The notes under the pieces were generated by a model. The model saw only the letters and a program-made list of their open reading frames with translations. It was not told the DNA's origin and searched no databases. A DNA stretch of 64,000 nt from an uncultured Solirubrobacterales bacterium (GTDB lineage: Bacteria; Actinomycetota; Thermoleophilia; Solirubrobacterales; 70-9). Made by a program: the position numbers and the translations under genes. Shown piece after piece: positions 1 to 8,109 of the stretch (the stretch's first letter is position 1; each line of letters starts with the position of its first letter). Location of the stretch: positions 855,259 through 919,258 of the forward strand of contig CAVOHR010000001.1 in NCBI GenBank assembly GCA_963695835.1, in the 5' to 3' direction.

Positions 1-1676
1 CCGGCCGCCTGGCCGAAGACCAGTTCATCGGCTTCCGCCTGAAGCAGGGCGTCTACGGTCAGCGCCAGCCCGACGTGCAGATGGCCCGCGTGAAGCTGCC
101 GTTCGGCGGCGTCACCCCGGAGCAGATGGACGCCTTCGCCGACGTGGTCGAGCGCTACGCGCCGCTCGACAAGGGCCACATCACGACCCGCCAGAACATC
201 CAGATCCACCACGTGCCGCTGCGCGACATGGAGGCGCTGATCCGCGAGATCTCCGCCGTCGGCCTCTCCTCGCGCGAGGGCTGCGGCAACACGGTGCGCA
301 ACGTCACCGGCGACCCCTGGGCCGGCGTCGCCGCCGACGAGGTCTTCGACCCGACGCCGTACGCCGGCGCCTACATCCGCTACTTCGTCCGCCACCCGAC
401 GACCCAGCTGATGCCGCGCAAGATCAAGACCGCCTTCACCGGCTCCGACGAGGACCGGGCGATCACCGGCATCCACGACATCGCCTTCATCAGCCGCGAA
501 CGCGACGGCGTCAAGGGCTTCGAGGTGCGGGTCGGCGGCGGCACCTCGATCATGGCCCGCGTCGCCCCGACGCTTTACGAGTTCGTCGAGGCCGACAACG
601 GCGACTACCTCAAGGTCTCCGAGGCGGCGCTGCGGATCTTCGACCGCCAGGAGTGGCTGCGGGCCAACCGCGCCCGCGCCCGGATCAAGGTGCTGATCGA
701 CAAGATCGGGATCGACGCCTTCCGCGAACAGGTCGAGGAGGAGCTGCGCGGCGGCTGGGTGCGGGAACGCGACTTCGACGTCGAGCGGCTGCGCTTCGAT
801 GTCGACGAGGAGGCGAACGCGCCCGAGCCGCCGGCAACGGCAGCCTCGCCGGGCAGCGACCGCAGCGAGTTCGACCGCTTCCTCGGAGGCAACGTGCAGC
901 CGCAGCGCCAGGAGGGGTTCACGGCGGTCGAGGTGAAGGTCGAGCGCGGTGACCTGACGTCCGAGCAGTTCCGCGGCCTGGCGGCGATCATGCGCGAGTT
1001 CACCGGCGGCTACGCCCGCAGCACCGTGCAGCAGAACCTCGTCCTGCGCTGGGTGCGCGACGAGGCGCTGTACGAAGTCTGGGAGCGGCTCAAGGCGCTC
1101 GGCCTCGGCGAGCCAGGCGCCCGCGAGATCACCGACACGGTCAGCTGCCCCGGTACCGACAGCTGCAAACTCGGCATCACCAGCTCGATGGGGCTGAACC
1201 GGGCGATCAAGCGGCGGGTCGAGGAGATGGAGATCGACGACGAGCTGACCCGGAAGGTCCAGGTCAAGATGAGCGGCTGCCCGAACGGCTGCAGCCAGCA
1301 CCACATCGCCAACATCGGCTTCTACGGCGCCTCGCTGAAGGTCGGCGGCCGCCAGATGCCCGCCTACATCCCCCACCTCGGCGGCAACTACGAGGGCGGC
1401 GAGGTGATCTTCGGCACCCGGCTGAAGTCGCGCCTGCCGGCCAAGCGGGTGCCCGAGGCGGTCGGGCGCTGGATTAGACTGTATGAGGACGAGCGGGCCG
1501 ACGGCGAGGAGTTCAACGCCTTCGTCGAGCGGGCCGGCACCGGCCGCTTCGAAGCGGAGATCAAGGACCTCACCCTGCCTACCGAGTTCAGCCTGGAGAC
1601 GATGCGGCAGTTCATCGACTGGAACCGCTCCAGTCCCTACAAAGTGGAGCGGGGCGAGGGCGAGTGCGCGATATGA
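1..1676 (+). CDS. sirA: Ferredoxin-dependent sulfite reductase (siroheme/4Fe-4S, NirA/SirA family), 5' end cut by window edge
   Basis: The frame is open from the window edge (GRLAEDQFIGFRLKQGVYGQRQPDVQM...), so the listed ATG at 75 is internal. Cys cluster motif TVSCPGTDSCKLG...SGCPNGCSQHH. The stop overlaps the cysH ATG (ATGA at 1673-1676). Neighbours are sulfate-assimilation genes. Confidence 0.85.
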   Translation, partial: GRLAEDQFIGFRLKQGVYGQRQPDVQMARVKLPFGGVTPEQMDAFADVVERYAPLDKGHITTRQNIQIHHVPLRDMEALIREISAVGLSSREGCGNTVRNVTGDPWAGVAADEVFDPTPYAGAYIRYFVRHPTTQLMPRKIKTAFTGSDEDRAITGIHDIAFISRERDGVKGFEVRVGGGTSIMARVAPTLYEFVEADNGDYLKVSEAALRIFDRQEWLRANRARARIKVLIDKIGIDAFREQVEEELRGGWVRERDFDVERLRFDVDEEANAPEPPATAASPGSDRSEFDRFLGGNVQPQRQEGFTAVEVKVERGDLTSEQFRGLAAIMREFTGGYARSTVQQNLVLRWVRDEALYEVWERLKALGLGEPGAREITDTVSCPGTDSCKLGITSSMGLNRAIKRRVEEMEIDDELTRKVQVKMSGCPNGCSQHHIANIGFYGASLKVGGRQMPAYIPHLGGNYEGGEVIFGTRLKSRLPAKRVPEAVGRWIRLYEDERADGEEFNAFVERAGTGRFEAEIKDLTLPTEFSLETMRQFIDWNRSSPYKVERGEGECAI

Positions 1677-2368
1677 ACCCGGTGGCGACAGCCCCGGAGA
1701 TGGATGTCGAGGAGGTCGCCGCAGAGCTGGAGGGCAGGACGGCGGCCGAGGCGATCGAGTGGATGTTCGACGCCTTCGGCGAGCGCCACTACGTCGCCTG
1801 CTCGTTTCAGAAGACCAGCTCGGTCACGGCGCACCTGGCCAGCCGGGTCAACCCCGCGGCGCGCTTCTTCTACCTCGACACCGACCTCCTCTTCCCGGAG
1901 ACCTACGAGACGCGCGACAGGCTCGCCGAGCGCCTCGGGGTCGAGTTCGAGCGCTTCCACAACCTGACCCTGGAGGAGCAGGCGGCCACACACGGCGAGG
2001 CGCTGTGGAGCCGCGATCCCGATGCCTGCTGCGGGCTGCGCAAGATCGAGCCGATGCGCCGCGCCCTGTCTTCCGTAGACTGCTGGGCCGCCGGCGTCCG
2101 CCGCGAGGACTCCGCGAATCGCGCCAACACCCCCAAGTTCGGCTGGGACAAGCGATTCGGGCTGTGGAAGCTGAACCCCCTCGCGGACTGGACCGAGCGC
2201 GATGTCTGGAACTACATCCGTGAGCACCATCTCCCGTATAACCCGCTTCACGATCGCGGCTATCCGTCGATCGGTTGCACCCACTGCACCAAGCCGGTGG
2301 GGCCAGGCGGCTCTCCCCGAGCCGGGCGCTGGGCGGGCCTCGAAAAGACCGAGTGCGGGATCAACTAG
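1673..2368 (+). CDS. cysH: APS/PAPS reductase, Fe-S cluster type
   Basis: PAPS-reductase fold with the CCGLRKIEP...SIGCTHCT...KTECGI cysteine pattern of Fe-S APS reductases. ATG 1673 overlaps the sirA stop; GTG 1664 is an alternative start. Confidence 0.85.
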   Translation: MNPVATAPEMDVEEVAAELEGRTAAEAIEWMFDAFGERHYVACSFQKTSSVTAHLASRVNPAARFFYLDTDLLFPETYETRDRLAERLGVEFERFHNLTLEEQAATHGEALWSRDPDACCGLRKIEPMRRALSSVDCWAAGVRREDSANRANTPKFGWDKRFGLWKLNPLADWTERDVWNYIREHHLPYNPLHDRGYPSIGCTHCTKPVGPGGSPRAGRWAGLEKTECGIN

Positions 2369-2424
2369 CGGCTCTCTGGCGAGCCCTTAGGAATACTCCC
2401 CTCCCCCAATCTGACGAGGAACCC

Positions 2425-3501
2425 ATGAGCGAGACGATGACCGAGCTTTCCCTGACCCTTTCCGAGCGCCACACGGCCGACTTCGAGATGATCGCCAACG
2501 GCGGCTTCGCGCCGCTGAACGGCTTCCAGGGCGCCGCCGACTGGGAGCGCGTCTGCGCCGAGATGCGCACCGCGGCCGGCGAGTACTGGCCGATCCCGAT
2601 CACCCTGGCCGGCGATCTCGACTGCGCCGCCGGCGACGTCGTCTCGCTGCTCAGCGACGAAGGCAAGCCGCTCGGCCGGCTCACCGTCGAGGAGATCTTC
2701 GAGCGCGACCCTAAGCGCGAGGCCGAGCAGGTCTACGGCACCGCCGACGAGGCCCACCCGGGCGTCGCGGCGATCTACGAGGAGGGCGCCCGCTGCATCG
2801 CCGGCCCGATCGAGGCCGACGCGCTGCCCGACCATGAGGACGCCTTCATGCGCCGCTACCTCACCCCGGAGGAGTCGCGCAAGGCGTTCGCCGAGCGCGG
2901 CTGGAAGCGCGTCGTCGCCTTCCAGACCCGCAACCCGATCCACCGCGCCCACGAGTACCTGACCAAGGCGGCGCTGGAGACCACCGACGGGCTCTTCATC
3001 CACCCGCTGATCGGCAAGACCAAGGCCGGCGACATCCCCGCCGACGTGCGGATGCGCTGCTACGAGGTTCTGATGGAGAACTACTACCCGCAGGACCGCG
3101 TCATCCTCGGCGTCTTCCCCTCGAAGATGCACTACGCCGGCCCGCGCGAGGCGATCCTCCACGCGATCGCCCGCCGCAACTACGGTGCCACCCACTTCAT
3201 CGTCGGCCGCGACCACGCCGGGGTCGGCGACTACTACGGCACCTACGACGCGCAGAAGATCTTCGACGAGATCGACACCGAGGAGCTGGGCATCGAACCG
3301 CTTTTCTTCGAGCACAGCTTCTGGTGCAACGAGTGCGAGGGGATGGCCTCGGGCAAGACCTGCCCGCACGAGGTCTCGGCGCACGTGTTCCTCAGCGGCA
3401 CCAAGGTCCGCGAGATGCTCGGCAACGGCGAACGCCCGCCGCAGGAGTTCTCGCGCAACGAGGTCGCCGACATCCTGATTGACGCCTACAAGGAGGACTA
3501 G
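2425..3501 (+). CDS. sat: Sulfate adenylyltransferase (ATP sulfurylase, Sat type)
   Basis: Motifs QTRNPIHRAHEYL and GRDHAGVG. I moved the start to ATG 2425 (MSETMTE) because the upstream part of ORF 2275 overlaps cysH and is Arg/Pro-rich. Confidence 0.9.
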   Translation: MSETMTELSLTLSERHTADFEMIANGGFAPLNGFQGAADWERVCAEMRTAAGEYWPIPITLAGDLDCAAGDVVSLLSDEGKPLGRLTVEEIFERDPKREAEQVYGTADEAHPGVAAIYEEGARCIAGPIEADALPDHEDAFMRRYLTPEESRKAFAERGWKRVVAFQTRNPIHRAHEYLTKAALETTDGLFIHPLIGKTKAGDIPADVRMRCYEVLMENYYPQDRVILGVFPSKMHYAGPREAILHAIARRNYGATHFIVGRDHAGVGDYYGTYDAQKIFDEIDTEELGIEPLFFEHSFWCNECEGMASGKTCPHEVSAHVFLSGTKVREMLGNGERPPQEFSRNEVADILIDAYKED

Positions 3502-3507
3502 ACAAGC

Positions 3508-4062
3508 ATGGCTGGCGAGAAGGGATTCACCCTCTGGTTCACCGGGCTCTCCGGTGCCGGCAAGACGACGATCTCGAGGCTGCTCGAGGGACACCTGCGC
3601 GAGCGCGGCTCGAAGCTGGAGATCCTCGACGGCGACATCGTGCGCGAAAACCTCTCCAAGGGTCTCGGCTTCTCGAAAGAGGACCGCGACACCAACATCC
3701 GCCGGATCGCCTTCGTCGCCGACCTGCTCAGCCGCAACGGCGTGCCGGTGATCACCGCGGCGATCTCCCCCTACGCGGAGATCCGCGCCGAGGCGCGCGA
3801 GCTGATGGGCGAGCGCTTCATCGAGGTCTTCGTCAAGGCCTCGGTCGACACCTGCGCCGAGCGCGACGTCAAGGGGCTCTACGCGAAAGCGTTCGCCGGC
3901 GAGATCAAGGAATTCACCGGCGTGTCGGACCCCTACGAGGCGCCCGACAACCCCGAGGTCACCTGCGACACCGAAGCGGAAACCGCCGAGGAGTCGACGC
4001 AGAGGCTGATCGAGTACCTCGAGTCGCGCGACCTGATCCCGGCGGCTGCCGTCACTGCTTAG
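3508..4062 (+). CDS. cysC: Adenylylsulfate (APS) kinase
   Basis: P-loop GLSGAGKTT, FSKEDRDTNIRR motif, typical 184-aa size, directly downstream of sat. Confidence 0.9.
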   Translation: MAGEKGFTLWFTGLSGAGKTTISRLLEGHLRERGSKLEILDGDIVRENLSKGLGFSKEDRDTNIRRIAFVADLLSRNGVPVITAAISPYAEIRAEARELMGERFIEVFVKASVDTCAERDVKGLYAKAFAGEIKEFTGVSDPYEAPDNPEVTCDTEAETAEESTQRLIEYLESRDLIPAAAVTA

Positions 4063-4157
4063 AGCGCTGGGGTGGGGGAGGGCTGCCCGTGTCCCTCCTA
4101 CGACAGGGGTCGAAGTGCGGCAGCCGCCGGGCTTGGGCGCGTTAGCTTGCCGGCTGG

Positions 4158-4242
4158 GAAAGTGTTCGGTTCAATTAGATAGCTGCCGAGCGAACACTTT
4201 CTAAGTTGTTCGGTACAATTAGCTTGTGGCTGAGCCGAACAA
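4158..4242 (+). promoter_or_regulatory. Two tandem related hairpin modules in the fic leader
   Basis: H1 stem is gaaagtgttcg (4158-4168) / cgaacactttc (4191-4201). H2 stem is ttgttcgg (4206-4213) / ccgaacaa (4235-4242). Both loops contain (t/a)caattag. The fic GTG at 4226 lies in the H2 loop. Confidence 0.4.
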
Positions 4243-5251
4243 ATCTAAGAGAACCCGGCGCGGGAGGCCTTCTCGGGCTGCCGTCTATGAGCGACTGCGG
4301 GTGCAGATCGGGGAGCTTCGGGAGAAGCTGGGCGGTTTGCCCTCCCCCGAGGAGGCTGAGGGGATCTGGCGGGGGATCTGGTTGGAGGAGGCGCATCACT
4401 CGACCGCGATCGAGGGGAACACGCTTGTGCTCAAGCAGGTCGAGGTGCTGCTCGAGGAGGGTCGCGCGGTTGGGAACAAAGAGCTTGGCGAATACCTGGA
4501 GGTGCGCGGCTATGCGGATGCCGCTACCTGGGTCTACGGGCATGGGATACGGCCGGGCGATTGGCAGGATGGCGCCCTGATCAGTTTGGCCGAGTTGCGC
4601 CAGGTCTACACGCTCGCGATGACGCCCGTGTGGGACGTCGCGCCGCATCCGCAGGCCACTCCGCGCGAGCGCCCCGGCTCCTTTCGTGAGCACGACATCG
4701 AGCCGTTCCCCGGTGGGATGCGGCCGCCCGAGTGGACCGAGGTTCCGGTGCTGGTTCAGGACTGGCTCCGCGACGCTCAGAGGCTGCAAGAAGCCGACGA
4801 GGAGGCAATCCCCGAGGATCTCGCTCGCCTGCACGCCCGCTTCGAGCAGGTTCACCCGTTCCTCGACGGCAACGGGCGCACCGGGCGGCTGATCCTCAAC
4901 CTGCTGCTGGTCCGGCTCGGATATCCCCCCGCAATCGTCTACAAGCGCGACCGCGGGCGTTACCTCGCGGTGCTCCGTCGTGCCGACGGCGGCGACGCGG
5001 GGCCGCTTGGCGAGTTCCTGGCCCGGGCCGTGCTCGACAACCTCTACAAGTTCGTCGTGCCCGCGGTCGCGGGCCCGGCTCGCCTGGTGCCTCTGCCGGC
5101 CCTGGCGACAAAGGAGCTGTCGGCGAACGCCCTGCGCGTCGCGGCGGTGCGCGGCAGGCTCAAGGCCTCGAAGGCGGCCGATGGAACCTGGCGAAGCTCG
5201 GCTGCCTGGGTGAAGGAGTACGTCGCCAGCCGCTACAGGCGGGGGACCTGA
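4226..5251 (+). CDS. Fic family protein (AMPylase-type Fic domain)
   Basis: Canonical Fic motif HPFLDGNGRTGRL. N-terminal region STAIEGNTL is typical of Fic N-terminal domains. Confidence 0.85.
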   Translation: MAEPNKSKRTRRGRPSRAAVYERLRVQIGELREKLGGLPSPEEAEGIWRGIWLEEAHHSTAIEGNTLVLKQVEVLLEEGRAVGNKELGEYLEVRGYADAATWVYGHGIRPGDWQDGALISLAELRQVYTLAMTPVWDVAPHPQATPRERPGSFREHDIEPFPGGMRPPEWTEVPVLVQDWLRDAQRLQEADEEAIPEDLARLHARFEQVHPFLDGNGRTGRLILNLLLVRLGYPPAIVYKRDRGRYLAVLRRADGGDAGPLGEFLARAVLDNLYKFVVPAVAGPARLVPLPALATKELSANALRVAAVRGRLKASKAADGTWRSSAAWVKEYVASRYRRGT

Positions 5252-6036
5252 GGCTCGGCGAGGCCGTAGGTGTCGTAGGCGCCGAAGCGGGCGAAGGTCT
5301 TATGGGTCGGGCCGTGGTAGTCGCTCGAGGCGGTGGGGATGAGGTCGAGCTCGTCGCACAGCTCGAGCAGGTGGGCGGTCTGCTCCTTGGAGTGGGTCGG
5401 GTAGAAGGTCTCGACGCCGTCGACGTCGAGGGCCCGGATCAGCTCGTCGACCTCGGCCGGCGCGGAGATGTCCCAGTAGGGGTGGGCGACGACGGCGACG
5501 CCGCCGGCCTCCTTGATCGTCTCCACCGCCTGCTCGGCGGTCGGCCAGCGCCGCGGCACGAACGCCTTCGCCCCCGGCACCAGGTACTCCTCGAAGAAGG
5601 GGCCCAGATCCCCGGTCGCCCCCGCCGCCCGCGCGATATGCGGCCGCCCGATCGAGAGCGCGTCGCCGGCCTCCCGCACCGCATCCTCGAGGTGCAGCTC
5701 GAACCCCTCCCCCCGCAACCTCTCGACGATCTCCCCGGCCCGCGCCACCCGCTCGTGCTGAGCCCGCTCGCAAGCGGGAGCGATCGCCCCCAGATCCACC
5801 CAGTACCCGCACACATGCAGGTCTTCCGCGTACTCGTGAACGCACGACATCTCGATAGCGGGCACCAGCTCGATCCCAGCTTCCGCAGCTGCCTCAGCAG
5901 CCTCGGCGACCCCGGCAATGGCGTCATGGTCGGTCAGGGCCAGCGTGGTGACCCCAGCTATCGCAGCTTCCGCGACGACATCCGCCGGTGCCAGCTGCCC
6001 GTCGGAGACGGTCGAGTGGCTCTGCAGCTCGATCAA
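5233..6036 (-). CDS. PHP-domain metal-dependent phosphoesterase
   Basis: IELQSHSTVSDG...LALTDHDAIAG...VVAHP...SSDYHG is the PHP His/Asp pattern. The ORF is open to 6153, but homology-like sequence starts near TTG 6036, so the start is uncertain. Confidence 0.7.
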   Translation of the reverse strand: MIELQSHSTVSDGQLAPADVVAEAAIAGVTTLALTDHDAIAGVAEAAEAAAEAGIELVPAIEMSCVHEYAEDLHVCGYWVDLGAIAPACERAQHERVARAGEIVERLRGEGFELHLEDAVREAGDALSIGRPHIARAAGATGDLGPFFEEYLVPGAKAFVPRRWPTAEQAVETIKEAGGVAVVAHPYWDISAPAEVDELIRALDVDGVETFYPTHSKEQTAHLLELCDELDLIPTASSDYHGPTHKTFARFGAYDTYGLAEPQVPRL

Positions 6037-6142
6037 CAGGCCGCGCAGCCTATTGCGGCCCGGGGTTGAACGGTGGCCGGGAGGATGCCCGCCAAGCTCC
6101 AGCCCGAAATACCACGGGGACCGCGATCCGCTTGTGGAGGGT

Positions 6143-6225
6143 GATGGGGACACCCCTGAACGGGCGGATACTCAAAATGCCGGCCTCATTGGGCCGGCAT
6201 TTGTCCGGGCAGGGGTGTCCCCATC
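6143..6225. repeat. Nested palindromic element, copy 1 (upstream of accA)
   Basis: Outer 15-bp stem 6143-6157/6211-6225, inner 11-bp stem 6175-6185/6192-6202. The asymmetric segment gggcggatactcaaa (6162-6176) is shared with copy 2. Confidence 0.6.
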
Positions 6226-6258
6226 GCCCCGCCCCGCCCGTGAATAGACTGCGCCGCC

Positions 6259-8016
6259 GTGTTCGAGAAGGTGCTGATAGCCAACCGCGGCGAGATCGCG
6301 ATTCGGGTCGCGCGGACGCTGAAGGAGATGGGGATCGGCTCGGTCGCGGTCTACTCGGAGATCGACCGCGACGCCCCGCACGTGCGCGAGGCCGACGAAG
6401 CCTTCCTGATCGGCCCCGCGGTCCCCGCCGAGAGCTACCTGAACATCCTCAAGATCATCGACACCGCCAAGCAGGCGGGCGCCGGGGCGATCCATCCCGG
6501 CTACGGCTTCCTCGCCGAGAACGCCGATTTCGCCCGCGCCTGCGCCGAGGCCGGGATCGTCTTCGTCGGCCCGCCGGCCGAGGCGATCGAGGCGATGGGG
6601 TCGAAGACCCGGGCGCGGGAGATCATGGCCGAGGCCGGGGTGCCGATCGTGCCCGGCGCCACCGCGCCGGCCAAGGACGTCGGGGAGGCGCGCGAACAGG
6701 CCGAGGAGGCCGGCTACCCGGTCGCCTGCAAGGCGGCGGGCGGCGGCGGCGGCAAGGGATTCCGCGTCGCGATGAGCGCCGACGACCTGCAGGCGGCCTT
6801 CGAAGGCGCCGCCCGCGAGGGCGAGAAGTTCTTCTCCGACTCGCGCGTCTACGTCGAGCGCTACCTGGAGGACCCGCGCCACGTCGAGGTCCAGGTGCTG
6901 GCCGACTCGCACGGCAACGTGGTCCACCTCGGCGAGCGCGACTGTTCGATCCAGCGCCGCCACCAGAAGCTGATCGAGGAGGCGCCCGGGCCGCGCGTCG
7001 ACGCCGAGATGCGCGAGCGGATCGGCGAGATCGCCACCGAGGCGGCCCGCGCCGTCGGCTACCGCTCGGCCGGGACGGTGGAGGGCCTGCAGGTGGACGG
7101 CGAGTACTTCTTCCTCGAGATGAACACGCGGGTGCAGGTGGAGCACTGCGTCACCGAGATGGTCACCGGGATCGACATCGTCCGCGAGCAGATCCTGGTC
7201 GCGGCGGGCGAGCCGCTCTCGGTGTCCCAGGAGGACGTCGAGCTGCGCGGCCACGCGATCGAGTGCCGGGTCAACGCCGAGGCCGCGCACAAGAAATTCG
7301 CGCCGTCGCCGGGGACGATCGCCTCCTACCGCGAGCCCGCGGGCCCCGGCGTCCGGGTCGACTCGGGCGTCGAGGCCGGCTCCGAGGTGACGCCGACGTA
7401 CGACCCGATGGTCGCCAAGCTGATCGTCTGGGACGTCGACCGCGAGCACGCGACGCGGCGGATGCTGCGGGCGCTGGGCGAGTACGAGGTCGGCGGCCTG
7501 ACCACGCTGATCCCGTTTCACAAGGCGATCCTCGCCACCGAGCAATGGGCGAACGGGGAGACCTGCCGCGAGCTGATGGAAGACCGCGACTGGCTTAAGT
7601 CGACCGCTCCGGAGGAGGTCGCCGCGCCCGCGCCCGAGGAGGGCGGCGAGGTGATCGCCCGCGACTACAAGGTCGAGGTCTCCGGCAGGCTGTTCGAGGT
7701 CAAGGTGGTCGGCGAGGCGGTCGCCGGTGCGGCTGCCGCCGCCGCGGGCGGAAGGCGGCCGCCGAAACGGGAGCGCAAGGCCGGCAGCGCCGCGAGCGCA
7801 TCGAGCGAGTCGCTGCCCTCGCCGCTTCAGGGCACGGTGCTCAAGGTCGCGGTCGAGCAGGGCGCCATGGTCGAGCAGGGCGACCTGGTCTGCGTGATCG
7901 AGGCGATGAAGATGGAGAACGAGATCGCCGCCCACCGCTCCGGCAAGGTGACCAAGCTAAACGTTACGCAAGGGGCCGCGGTGTCCAGCGGGGACACCCT
8001 GGCCGTCATCGAGTAG
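6259..8016 (+). CDS. accA: Acetyl/propionyl-CoA carboxylase alpha subunit (biotin carboxylase plus biotin carrier domain)
   Basis: MFEKVLIANRGEIAIRVART N-terminus, ATP-grasp core, C-terminal biotinylation motif EAMKMEN. Confidence 0.9.
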   Translation: MFEKVLIANRGEIAIRVARTLKEMGIGSVAVYSEIDRDAPHVREADEAFLIGPAVPAESYLNILKIIDTAKQAGAGAIHPGYGFLAENADFARACAEAGIVFVGPPAEAIEAMGSKTRAREIMAEAGVPIVPGATAPAKDVGEAREQAEEAGYPVACKAAGGGGGKGFRVAMSADDLQAAFEGAAREGEKFFSDSRVYVERYLEDPRHVEVQVLADSHGNVVHLGERDCSIQRRHQKLIEEAPGPRVDAEMRERIGEIATEAARAVGYRSAGTVEGLQVDGEYFFLEMNTRVQVEHCVTEMVTGIDIVREQILVAAGEPLSVSQEDVELRGHAIECRVNAEAAHKKFAPSPGTIASYREPAGPGVRVDSGVEAGSEVTPTYDPMVAKLIVWDVDREHATRRMLRALGEYEVGGLTTLIPFHKAILATEQWANGETCRELMEDRDWLKSTAPEEVAAPAPEEGGEVIARDYKVEVSGRLFEVKVVGEAVAGAAAAAAGGRRPPKRERKAGSAASASSESLPSPLQGTVLKVAVEQGAMVEQGDLVCVIEAMKMENEIAAHRSGKVTKLNVTQGAAVSSGDTLAVIE

Positions 8017-8109
8017 CGACGTCGGCACTCCCCCGTTCGGACAATCGCCGGTCTAATTAGACCGGCGATTTGAGTATCCGCCCGCCCGGGGGAGTGCCGA
8101 CGTCGCTAC
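8013..8109. terminator. Nested palindromic element, copy 2; likely bidirectional terminator between convergent accA and sulfatase
   Basis: Outer 23-bp perfect stem 8013-8035/8087-8109 contains both stop codons. The inner 28-bp perfect palindrome is at 8043-8070. tttgagtatccgccc (8069-8083) is the reverse complement of the copy-1 motif. Confidence 0.6.

Noticed and set aside
1-4062. The combination of Fe-S APS reductase with an APS kinase as an unusual sulfur pathway
   Set aside because: Actinobacteria commonly have APS-reductase-based assimilation together with APS kinase, which makes PAPS for sulfation. The operon is ordinary.
6259-8016. accA lacking an adjacent carboxyltransferase gene, as a sign of a novel carboxylase
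   Set aside because: Actinobacterial alpha and beta subunits of acyl-CoA carboxylases are frequently encoded at separate loci, so this is not informative within one window.
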